DNA of 64,000 nt from Guillardia theta CCMP2712 (lineage: Eukaryota; Protista; Cryptophyta): contig NW_005434656.1 of NCBI RefSeq assembly GCF_000315625.1, positions 872,638-936,637 on the forward strand. The letters run 5' to 3'. Under the pieces are notes generated by a model that saw only the letters and a program-made list of their open reading frames with translations, ran no database searches and was not told the DNA's origin. A program made the position numbers and the translations under genes. Shown here piece by piece: positions 11,800 to 22,704 of the stretch (positions within the stretch are counted from its first letter, which is position 1; each line of letters begins with the position of its first letter).

Positions 11800-13855
11800 T
11801 CATGAAGACTTGATCTTCTTAGCCTTACAGGAAGTGTCAGCAACCGGTGGGGCCCAACGGCTGGTTGTACCTCCTCCTTAGCGTGTCCCTGCGCGAGGTT
11901 GTTGATAACGTCCATCACCTGGCGGGCCCGGTAAGTCTTCAGGAGGAGGAGGAGGAGGAGGAGAGAAAATCTCACGAAGTAGAGAATGAGGCCGGTGACA
12001 AAGTAGTTGAAGAACGACTTAGCAGTGAAATAAGAAGACAACCCCTTGACTTCAGTCTGGTGAACATTCGCTGTCAGTGCTCTCAACAGCACAAGTAAAT
12101 TCCACGAACCTGCGGCTTGGTCTTGTCGCAGAACGCCAACACCTTGTCAAAGCCCTCCTCCATCTTCTGCACGACGTTGAAGTGCTCTTGGAACTCAGAG
12201 ACGATGGTGATGAGAACCAACAAGATGCCGAGGACAAACGTGACCAGCGGGATCAACATCATCCTGGGCATCTTGCGGGTGCGCATGCTCAGGTAGAAGA
12301 AGCAAGATGCGATGGGGATGCCAACAAACCAACGGAGGATGTGGAGGACGCGCTTGGCGATTGCCATGACCTCGTCTCGTCCTGTGTGGGAGAAGATCCA
12401 AACAAACAGCAGCTCCTGCATCGGTGCCTTGATGAAACCTTTGCCGATGGTGGTGGCAAGGAGGAACTCCCACATGGGCATCATCGAGTGACCGCAGCAC
12501 AACCCGCACATGTCAAACATCGCATTGGGGTATGAGGAGAAGAGGAGCACTCCCCAGAACCCATTGTGCCTCAAGAACTCCACCATCCATCTCTCAGTCC
12601 ACTTGAAGGTCTTTACAGCTATCGACCACAGGCTTGCCGAGTCCTCGTCGGAGTCTGCTATGGAGTCCATGATCTCATCGTACTCCTCGTCCTTCTCTCC
12701 TGTTCCCTTCAACGTCAGAATGCCTTTCCTCCGCCTCTCCTGCCGCACCTGCTTTTGCATGCCCATATGCTATGAGATACGGCGGAAGCTCACCCAGGGC
12801 CGTCCCGACCCCCCAGACGATCACCTGACGACAAGGTGAGCGAGGATGGAGTTGGCAAGGTGTTGGTGGCGAGAACAAGAGCACAAGCACACACCGGGAA
12901 GAGCAACGACATGTAGATGTTGTACATCGTCGGCGGAGTGGCTCCAGGTGCTGGGGGACCTGGGGGGATCTCGAACGCGTTGGAAAGAGCCGGAGTGATC
13001 TTGAGCATGTTGTAACTGCCGGTGCGAGGTCAGAGGAGAAGATACTAGCACACAAGTCTCATGACCTCGGATCGAAATCCAAAGCTTTCCTGCTCTCTGC
13101 TGTTCTTACCACCGCACAGATGTGGGGGAAAAGGTACAGGGAGCCTGGCGGGCACGGAGGACGGAAAGGAAGGAAGGGCAAAGAGGAGGAGAAACGGATC
13201 AGGTTGAAAATGTGCTCAGTCAGCACAATCATCAGATCAGAAGATGTCAGAAACAACCTGTGTGCGCTCCCGTTCCTAACCCGACCGAGGAGAGCACCCC
13301 CAGTCCAAACCACCACACAACGTACAGAACGTTATGCCTCACCCTCTGGAGGACAGGTTGATGCGGGCCTTCAATGTAGAAGAGGGATATCGTGATGAGG
13401 ATGGCGGAAACAAGCCCGAGCAGTGTTCCGCGGTGTTGCTCTTCTGTGAGCCATCGAAAGGGCTGCCGAAAGAACTCTAGCACAACACAGTTGAAGTGGT
13501 ACAGGGTCTTCACAGGATGAGTTAAGAGCGAGATCTTCTCGACCCGCTGCATTCTCCCTTTCGTTTCCTGAGACCTGGACGCCCTCCCGTTGCTCGATCT
13601 CTCCCTGCTGCTCCTGCGCGCGGGGGAGCGTCCCGTCGACTTCTTCTGTGCGGACGGGGATCTTGCAGGGGATTTAGCGGTCGATCGAGACCTCCTCGGA
13701 GTCTTGGGGGAGGAGGTCTTGGCGGGTGTTCTCGGCTTCCTGGGGGAGGCTGCGCCTCGCCCACTGGGGGAGGAGGAGGAGGAGGATTTGCTCCGCTTAT
13801 TCGGCGTGGGCGCCATGTCAAGGAAGCTTCTCAGAGAGGACCCCCTTTTTTCCAT
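11800..13855 (-). CDS. VMP1: Vacuole membrane protein 1 (VMP1, DedA/SNARE_assoc family ER scramblase)
   Basis: WWFGLGVLSSVGLGTGAHT, LYLFPHI, WGVGTALGELPPY, GFWGVLLFSSYPNAMFDMCGLCCGH..MPMWEFLLATTIGKGFIKAP; start at ATG 13855 or 13816. Confidence 0.93.
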
Positions 13856-14832
13856 GAGACTAGTTAGGGTGGGGTAGGTCATCTCTCCGGGTGGTGGTAT
13901 AGCTCGTGGTGCTTGTCCAGGTGGGGTGGCACTTCCACCCGTGGTGCAGTCGTACTTCTTCGGACCGGTACTCGACCTGTTGAAAGTGGGTATATTTGTA
14001 CGTTATTGGACGGGTACAAGACGTTTCCGGATCTGAAGGTTGCGGGGTATAGGACAGTGTGGGTAGGGTACTAATTTTTGAAGGGTGGGGTGGTGGAACC
14101 CGCCACTGAGACAAACGGACATCTGAAACTATTCGGTGCAGGCTTTGCAATTTGATGAATTAGTTCAGCGCACAATAAATTTTGAAAATTTCCAACAATT
14201 TTCCCGAGAAATTTGGATACTATCTAATATAATTGGGGATAGATTCAAATTTTTCGGACATTGTGGTAATTCAAGGAAGGATCTGGTCGTTACAAACCGT
14301 TGTAAAATCACCCTACCCATGTGTGTTTTCCTCCTATTCCTTCACCCCACCCTCAATTTAGACGGTCGAAATGTTTCAAATAACCGGGTATTTCACCACC
14401 CCTGTAGACTCACGTACCCTCGCTCCTTCTAGTTACGCCGATTGAGCCAGGGATACGGGGACTCCGGCTCAGCTGGCCGGGCAGCCCGGCTCCGAAGTTC
14501 CTGACACTGCGGCAGTGCGGTCCTGATCGTTGCCTCATTCCGATTACTAGGCTAAGTCACTAAGTTATGCCTGAGTCCGCCGGGCTCAGTCCGAGTCCAG
14601 CGGGCCCATGCCGCGCCTGGCATGCGGCCGCGACCCCACGGCGGCCACCACCGCCCAATGCCTCGGATGCCAGCCGCTAGCGCGGCCGCCGGGCCGCCGG
14701 GCGGCCCCGGGCAGTCACCCGGTGTGTCCGGGGCCTGGTACGGTACGCCTCTAGGTCGAGGAAGGAGTACCCACCTTATTGCTCTTCCGCAAACAATAGT
14801 AGAAACCACCGGTCCACGTTTTGAAGGCATAA

Positions 14833-17800
14833 TAATGATGGATGATAGGAGGAACGACATGGTGGTAGCGGTCTCGGGAGAGGTGGAGCGGGGAGGATCT
14901 AGACAAGATGGAGATGCAGCGGAGGAAGAAGAACCCCATCTACAGCTTGTCGACTAGTGCCGAGGGATAAGATTAAGATTGAGAGGACGAAGCGATCGAG
15001 TAGCTTGTTTTGTTGGATGTGCTCGTCGTTGTTCAGTAGTTCAGCAGCAAGGTTCGCAGGGTTGGAGGGAGAAGGAGCAGAGGCGGACACATGAAAAGGG
15101 AAGACAACGAACATCCGCGTGAAGAGTCAAGACCGAGTTCGAATACAAGTGGGTGTGCCAACTGATAGTCGAGTTGCTGCAGGATTGAACGAAGAGATGT
15201 ACTAGGGGCAAAAGCATGCAGGGAGAGGGAAGCAAGCTGCGAGAGCGAGTCTTCTCCAAGTTTGCGGATTGCAATCCTTCAGCGATGTGGAAGAACACAG
15301 CATGCAGGATCGAGTCGCTCAGCTCAGCATTGTCCAAGCCCTACACCTCTTCGCCCAAGACTTTGTCACACGAGACCATGAGAGTTTCTCCGCAAGAGGT
15401 CACACCCTGAACCCCCCCCCCTCCTCCTCCCTCTTTCCTCCTCTCTTGATCTTTCTCCCTTCTCCCTTCCCTGTCCTGCTTCTTTTCTCCCCCTTCTCCT
15501 TCCTGCCAATCACCTTTCCATTTCCTCCTCCTTCCCCTTCCTCCTGTCCTCTCTCCCTATCCCCTTCTCTTTTTTTTTCAGCAATGTCCTCCGGCACTTG
15601 GTATGATTCGAAGTTTCCTAACGGTTCCCTCAGTGGGGAGTGGACGAGGTGTGCGCTTGGTTACAAGAGGAAGGGCTGCATGAGTTCGTGGCCATCGCTA
15701 GGGATCATATCATCACAGGGGCCGTACTCCTCTCCATACAGGAGGAAGACCTTCGTGTGGACCCTCTAGCTTCTGCCCTCAAGGTTCTAGCACTGCGCTC
15801 CTGCCGCGCTTCCGCTGAGGAGCTTGTTTGTGAGCAGGAGGCAAGAGTAGACAAGTTCGGGAGGGTGCGGCAGTTCGTCCTAAGCATACGAGAGCTTGTG
15901 GATCAGCATCGTCAGACTCTGAACCTCCTCCATGATCAGCCGCAGGATAGGAGGAGCAAGTCTGCTACCAGCGCCTTCGTCGCTTCGTTGTACAAGGTTG
16001 TTGGCATGCAGGAAGGGAGGGGATGCTGATGTTGGGTTGGGTTTGCAGCCTGAGCCGCTGTCATCAGCGCTCCTCCGTCTAGGATGCAGGTAGAGGAGGA
16101 GGAGGGAAAGGTGGAGGAGGAGGATGGAGGGGGATGGGGAGGGGGGGGGGGGGGGGGAGGAGGAGGAAACAGGGGGGAATAAGGGAGTTTGCAGCTTGAC
16201 GTGGGCGGCCTTCGTAATGATGGCGACAGCAAGTGTGATGACATTCGTACATGATCGTGTTCCGGATATGGCAAGGTTAGAGATGGAGGAGGAAGAGGAG
16301 GAGGTGCACGATGGGGAGAAGGAGGGCGAAGGGCAGAAGGGGGGAGGGACCGGGGAGGGATCGGTGTAGGAGATCTAACAGTTGAAGCAGCATCCTCCCC
16401 TTCCTGATGTTGTGCTGGACAATATTCCTGTGATTCCAGGAGCCTTTGAGGTAAGAAGCTTTGGGAATGGAGAAGAAACTCTTCGGATTGACGATGATGA
16501 TGATGATGATGATGAGGAGGAGGAGGAGGAGGAGGAGGAGTGGATTGATGAACTTTACAGCAGTGTGATGCGTTCTTTGCAGGCTTCTGAAGTTTGCATC
16601 ATCCTTTTGGCGTCGATCTTCGCCCTTACGTGCATCTTTCATGTACACAGGTATGATCAACGCTCCGGTTTCTCAGCACTTCTCTTCCCTCCTGCCTCGC
16701 CTCCCTCCTCCTTCCTTCCTCCTTCCTCTTGTCTCCTCCTCCGCCTCCCTCCTCCGCCCTTCCTCCTCCTCCTCCTCTCCATCTCTTCGCCTGTTATCTG
16801 CCGAGCTTTCAGTTTGCTCCTACCAGCCTCTCGCCTGCCTCGTCCTCACTGATACTGTTTGATTCAGATCGCGTCCACTTTTGGATCCACGTTGCAAGTA
16901 ACATTTTCACTCTCTTCACTCCCCTCGCCTACTCCCCCGTCCTCCTATTCCCTTGTCATCTCCTTTCCTGTTCTCCCTCCGTTCTCGCTCCCACTTCCTC
17001 CACTTCCTCCTCGACCACCACTTCCTCCTCCACCTCCTCCGCCTCTCACCTTGTGCAGGGGACCCGCACATGCGGCGACTACATGTTCAGCGGGCATACC
17101 GCAATGCTCACGATCCTCAATCGCTTTGTCTGCGCCTACTCCCCTCGTACCTGGACTCCCCTCCACACCTTCTCTGCAGTTCTCAACGGGTCAGCAATCG
17201 CCTCCTCCTATCTCCCGATGTTCCTCTCTTCTCAACTGATCATCTCCCGTTCCTCTTCTCTTCTTGTTTTCTTATTTCCCGTTCTTCTCTTCTTATCGTC
17301 TGGTGCTGTTCTCTACCTGTCCCGTCAACCAGCAAAAGTCCTTCTGTTTACTTGGTTCGGAGGTTGTTGCCTTGAGTGTCTTTGTTTTTGCAGGTTCGGC
17401 ATGTTTTGCATCCTTGTAAGCATCTTTTGCTTTCTCATCCTCCCCTTTCGTTTCCTTCTCTCCTTGTCCAAGCTCATCAACCTTGCTTCCCCTGGGCCTT
17501 CCAACCCTCCGCTCCCCATCCCCCCTCCCATCTTTCTTGCTTCTCCTCCTACTTCCCCTCGCTCCTGCATTCGTTCTTCTTCCTACTTCCTCACATCTGT
17601 CAGGCCGCCCACGAGCATTACACCCTCGACGTGTTCATGGGCTTCTACATCGCCACCAGGACCTTTCAGTCGTACCACACAGTAGCGCATGCGGTAGGAG
17701 ACATGGGAGGAGATGACGGAAAGATGGCGAGCGAGCGAGCGAGTGCGAGAGGAAGGGAAGGAAGAAGGAGGAAGGGAGTGAGGAAGGGAGCAAGAAAGAG

Positions 17801-18348
17801 CGGGAGCGAGGGAGGGCGCGAAGAAGGGGAGGGAGAAAGAGAGGGAGGAGGAACTGAATATCAACTTGCAGGATGTTTCGGACAACGAGGGTCTCGCGAG
17901 CACAAGGAGATGGTTTCCCATGGTCTCCTTCCTGGAAGAAAACTGCTCCGGTCTCTATCCTCCCCGAAGCCTCCCCCGGCTCCCCCTTGACTCTCCTCCT
18001 CCTCTTGTCGTTGTCTCTCTTCCCGCACCCCTTCGTCTTCCTTCCTCCTGCCCTCCCGCCTTCCCCAATGTCTCTCATGCGCTTCCTAGTGACGGTATGG
18101 CAGGAGTCGTTCCCTTCGAGTATGAAATTCCTTTCAGTCGGCGTCTTCAGAGCCTGCTCTTCAAGAGGGCAAACTCCGCTGCTTCTCCTACCTCACATGC
18201 CAGGCGAGATTCTAGCCAGAGGACAGGGGAGAAGAGACGAGGGAGGGAAGGAGGAACAGAGGGGAGGGAGAGGAGGGAGAGGAGGGAGAGGAGGAGGAAC
18301 AAGAAAGTTGCGCTGACATCAAGACAGGAATCCTTTCAACAGAAGTGA
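14833..18348 (+). CDS. SAM-domain sphingomyelin synthase-related protein (SMSr/SAMD8-like), multi-exon
   Basis: SAM domain ([13 protein letters not shown]...[15 protein letters not shown]), [19 protein letters not shown], catalytic [10 protein letters not shown] and [11 protein letters not shown]-terminal [20 protein letters not shown]; 5' exons uncertain. Confidence 0.85.
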
Positions 18349-18692
18349 CTCCGAGGAGCGATCATACAAAGAGCTGTGAATGGTGTCCTTCAGCTGACGT
18401 CCTTGGACGTTTCCTGGACCTTCTTCACCTGCTTGTTGCATGTCTACCACTCCCTCTCCCCTCCATCCCTTTCCCTGCCCTCTCCACTCCCTTCCCCCTG
18501 TTTCCTCTCTCCCCGCTTCCTCATCCCCTGCCGCTTCTCAACCATCATGTGCATCCTTGTGTGCACAATGTTAAGACAAAGAACAAGAAGTTTAAACGAC
18601 AAGCTGTTTGTAAGCCTTCAAAACTTTGCCTGTACATCACCACTCCCCTGCGGGACAGGGCAGCAAGGTGCAGACGCGGCAAGTCAGCGGGC

Positions 18693-19614
18693 TCAGAGGT
18701 AGGCAGGGAAGAGCTGGAGGAAGAGGAAGAAGATGAAACCGGAACCAACGGGAACGGCAATGTTGTCGTCAAGGTCGATGGGTCCCCCGGTTCCTTCGTG
18801 TATTCTACCGCAGAAGGTCTCGGGAATGGCTCCTGGAGAGAGCGTGAGGAGGAGGAGGAGGAGGAGACTGTAGACGTGGTGGGAGCGAATACGCAGCGGA
18901 ACGAGAGAAGAAGCAAGGCAAGGCAAGGCGGTGCAGCATACGAGGTTTTCTCCCTGACTCACCAGCAATGCCGCCCAAGAGCGAGACGAGGAGGAGAGAC
19001 CCGTTGAAAGGAAAGCCGTGGTAGAGGTAGTACACCGTGGTAGTGAAGGCACAGGCAAAGAGGCCCCCGAGACTTCCTACAAGGGACTTTCCGTTGCTGA
19101 ACTTGGGCCCGAGGTAGCCGTACCGGATGCCGCAAGTGGACGCAAAGGGGTCCCCGAAGGAGAGGTAGAGGATGCTGAGGATCGCAACGTTCCTCGGGAA
19201 CAACGTGATACACGCCAGCACACCTGCTACGAAGAAGACCATGCCGCTGAGCCGAGTGGCCTCGTAGTTGCGGGCAAGGAGGCTCATGACCCGGAACGTT
19301 AGCTTGCTCAGCCAGTGCTCCACGAAGCGAACGCGGGCGTACTCGCCGATGGCCAGCAACACGAAGAGGACGCCGAATCCTCGCAGCGCCTGCTCCCTGG
19401 AGAGGACGAATTCATAGAGGCCGGCAAAGATAGCTCCTGCAGCGACGTGAAAGATTTTCCTGAGAAAGTGAAGGTTGTTCCTCGACATTATCTTCAGCTT
19501 GCTCCCTCCCTTCCCTCCCGTCTGGCTCTTGCCATTCTTGATGTCGCTTTTGCTAGTTTCCTTGTCATACTGTAGAACGCCGGTCATAGATCCTGTTGCT
19601 GTTCTCGCTACCAT
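18693..19614 (-). CDS. CTP-dependent diacylglycerol/polyprenol kinase family (Dgk1-like)
   Basis: HFLRKIFH, SGMVFFVAG, LYLSFGDPFASTCG..G, NGKSLVGSLG, last exon LDDNIAVPVGSG; no plastid presequence. Confidence 0.85.
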
Positions 19615-22600
19615 CAATCCTTGTCACGGTCAATCTGCTATTTCCTTGCTGATCCAGAGATCTGGTGAACGCAACGTCACATCAAAGAAGGGTTCATCTC
19701 TCCATCAAGTTCAAACATGTGATGCTGATCTACGTATATCATCACGTTCGTATCCTTACACAGAGCCTCACACCCCTCACACCCCCATTTCCCTCTCTGG
19801 GCAACGCTTGATAGATATCACAAAAAAAATTCAGAGTTGGCAGTCATTCGAAAGATCCTCCACCCCGATTCTGAGCCAACGCATCGCTTGTCTATATAGA
19901 ACCCACGAGAGAAAACAGACAGCTAACGCAACCGACTTCATCTTCTCTTCCTTGAGAGGGTACTCAAGTCCACTCTCGTGAAACGGCGTAGATGACTGAT
20001 CGCGAGTGATACCAAGTGTACTCTGAAAAACAAGAAACTCTCCTAAGTTTCCCCTTCAGGACACAGAAATGATGCGTACAACGTATCTCAATACTTCTCT
20101 GGAACCTCGCAAATCTTCAATTCCATCATCAGCCGCTTGTTCACGAGTTCACCCTAACCTTGATTTCCTTCATATTCGGCACTAGCAAAAGCAGAGATTC
20201 ATTTCATTTCTCGCTCTCTTCCTCTTCTTCATTCATCTGTATCACTCGCCCTCCCTCGTCATCTTCTTCCTCGTCCTCACCATCCTCCTCCTGACCTATG
20301 CACCTCCACCGGTCCCACCATTGCCATGCGGCTTCAAGAATGACTCACCCTACCTCCTCCGTTTCCAGTCGTCACCTACCCCTCAGACCCTTCCTCCTTA
20401 TGTGTTCTACTACCCGTCATTTTCATTTCAATACAACCGGTACAACAATCAGTATATTTTTGCGGTATTTGCCCTTTTTGCATTGAAAATAAAGCATTGC
20501 CGATATTGTGTTGTTAAGAGTTGAAATGTTACTGTTCAATTATTGAAATTTTATTCAAAACTACTGGTATATCGACATGAAGCGGAAATATTAGTTTCAA
20601 TTCCCAGGGGTAGTGCAGGGGTCAGGGCAACGGGTGAAGGGGGTACGTTGTATACGATGAAGATGCAGTGGAGGGTACAGTGAATCTAAAAGCGGGGTAG
20701 GGGTGGTGTAATAATACCGGGTCATCAAATACGAAATGAGGGGTAGTGATGCAGAGTCATAAAGTAGGGTAGGGAAGGGTCCAGGACGTACAGTTCTAGG
20801 GGTCGTATTGACCCATCAAGGACCGGTACTCTGAAAGTAGGAGACACCCCTTGGGGGAGGAGCCACCTGGGGGTGGTAAAGAAGTGAGAGGTCGTGTGAC
20901 CTGTGGTTTAGAAGGAAAACGGACGGGTCCTGTCTCTAGTCACCCATCATCTCCGGTTCACTCATGGCCCTTGGCCAGATGTAAAAGATATTTTAGGCCT
21001 AGGCCCTGTCACTGCCGGCTGATGGACCGGGCCCGGGGCTTGGCCGGCGGTAGAGTCGACACAATTTTATAACGGAGGTATTTTTGGCCTTTTAACATTA
21101 TTAAAATCATCGAAAAATACCTTTTACAGTTGTTTTGTAGTTATAGGGAGATGTTTGACCTAAATTTAATTCGCAGGATACTTTTATAGTTTTATTTGTT
21201 TTATATTTTTATAAAATAAAAATATCCTGTGAATTAAAAGAACCCCTGGTTACCCTACCCCCCAGCATCAACAAGTACAGACCCTGCACCTTCCTCATTC
21301 CTAGCATCCACCCGTCTTATTGCCAGCCTCTGACCATTTTACTACCCTACCCACCCCCATTTTCCCCAGTAGCCCATCCACCCATTTCTTTGTTTCAACC
21401 CCCCCAACCACCCCCCATTTTCTCATAGACTACCCCCTCGCAACAAGCAAGATTTCCACAGAGAGCAAACAAATACCCACAAGCTCTGCCGAAAACTACC
21501 CTACCCTCCTGACCAAAGAATTATGTGAGGACCACTACCCCCTTCAATCCTGTTTGTACCACAAAAAGTTTCCCATCAACAAATCTCAGGTTTATGACCC
21601 CTACCCACCCCATCCCCTCAAAATCATTTCTTAGCATTACCCGTCCTTGTCCACCACTTGAGTACCCCTACCAACTCGAACCAGGGTTCCCAATATGGCT
21701 AAAATATGTCCAGGGTCCCTACCACCCCATCTATACCACCCCTTCTGGGAACACCCCTCCATTAGGCTATTTTGCAATACAAAACCAAGGTAATAAATTC
21801 GATGCAATTCACCACTACCCCTCAATTTTAGTGCTCATTTCAAAATAACCCCAGTCAAGTAACCCCCACCCCTGTAATCACCCGCAAAGGACCCTCCCTA
21901 GACCCTTGTGTTACCTTCTCTAGCACCCCACCGTACTATACTACCTTACCCCACATTCCTCTTGCTAGTACCCACCCCTGTACAATATCCCCGCTGCTGC
22001 TTCATGCCGGGGCTGTCCTGGCTCGTGCCCTGCAGTGCCGCTAGCACTGCTGCTCCCCTCCTCTCAACGAAATGCTTTCTGTCTTCATGCTGCTAGTCTC
22101 GTGCCCATACGAGGTTGCAGTGCATTCTTGCCTCTTGCTATCCCGTTTCATGTCCTGCAACTCCCCAGTACTTCACGTCGCTGTCTGCATTTCGAGCATT
22201 TCTGTAGTTTCAGTATGACGGATAAGCGTTGTGTGTACGGCATGACCAACAAAACACATCTCTTATCATTCGTTCGCAGAATATGTTTGACGTTGCGATT
22301 TTCCTTCCGTGTAAATGTAAAGGGGGAGGTGTAACAATTCGTAGCTGTTCATAATGGTTGTCGATGGAGGAGGCATTCAGTGTTGTTGCATGGAGATTCG
22401 TCCCTTCCTTTCCCAACAGAAAGCATTTGTCTTGAATCTGATTGAAAGTATATTACTGACTCAGTTATGCATTCAAAGTAACTCATATCCAATGCGATCC
22501 ACTTTGTTCTGCCCTCTGTAAGATTTGTCATTAGTATCAAACTCCTCTTTTTGTTTATTTCCCACCATGGTTTCGATCCTGCTGTCTATCTCATTGATTC

Positions 22601-22704
22601 CTGAATATCCTCTCTGGAGTTTAGCTCTTAGCTATAACCAACCATTTGCATATTTTTGGATTGACAGACGAGTACTGACAGTTTCCCATAGCACACCACA
22701 GCGG

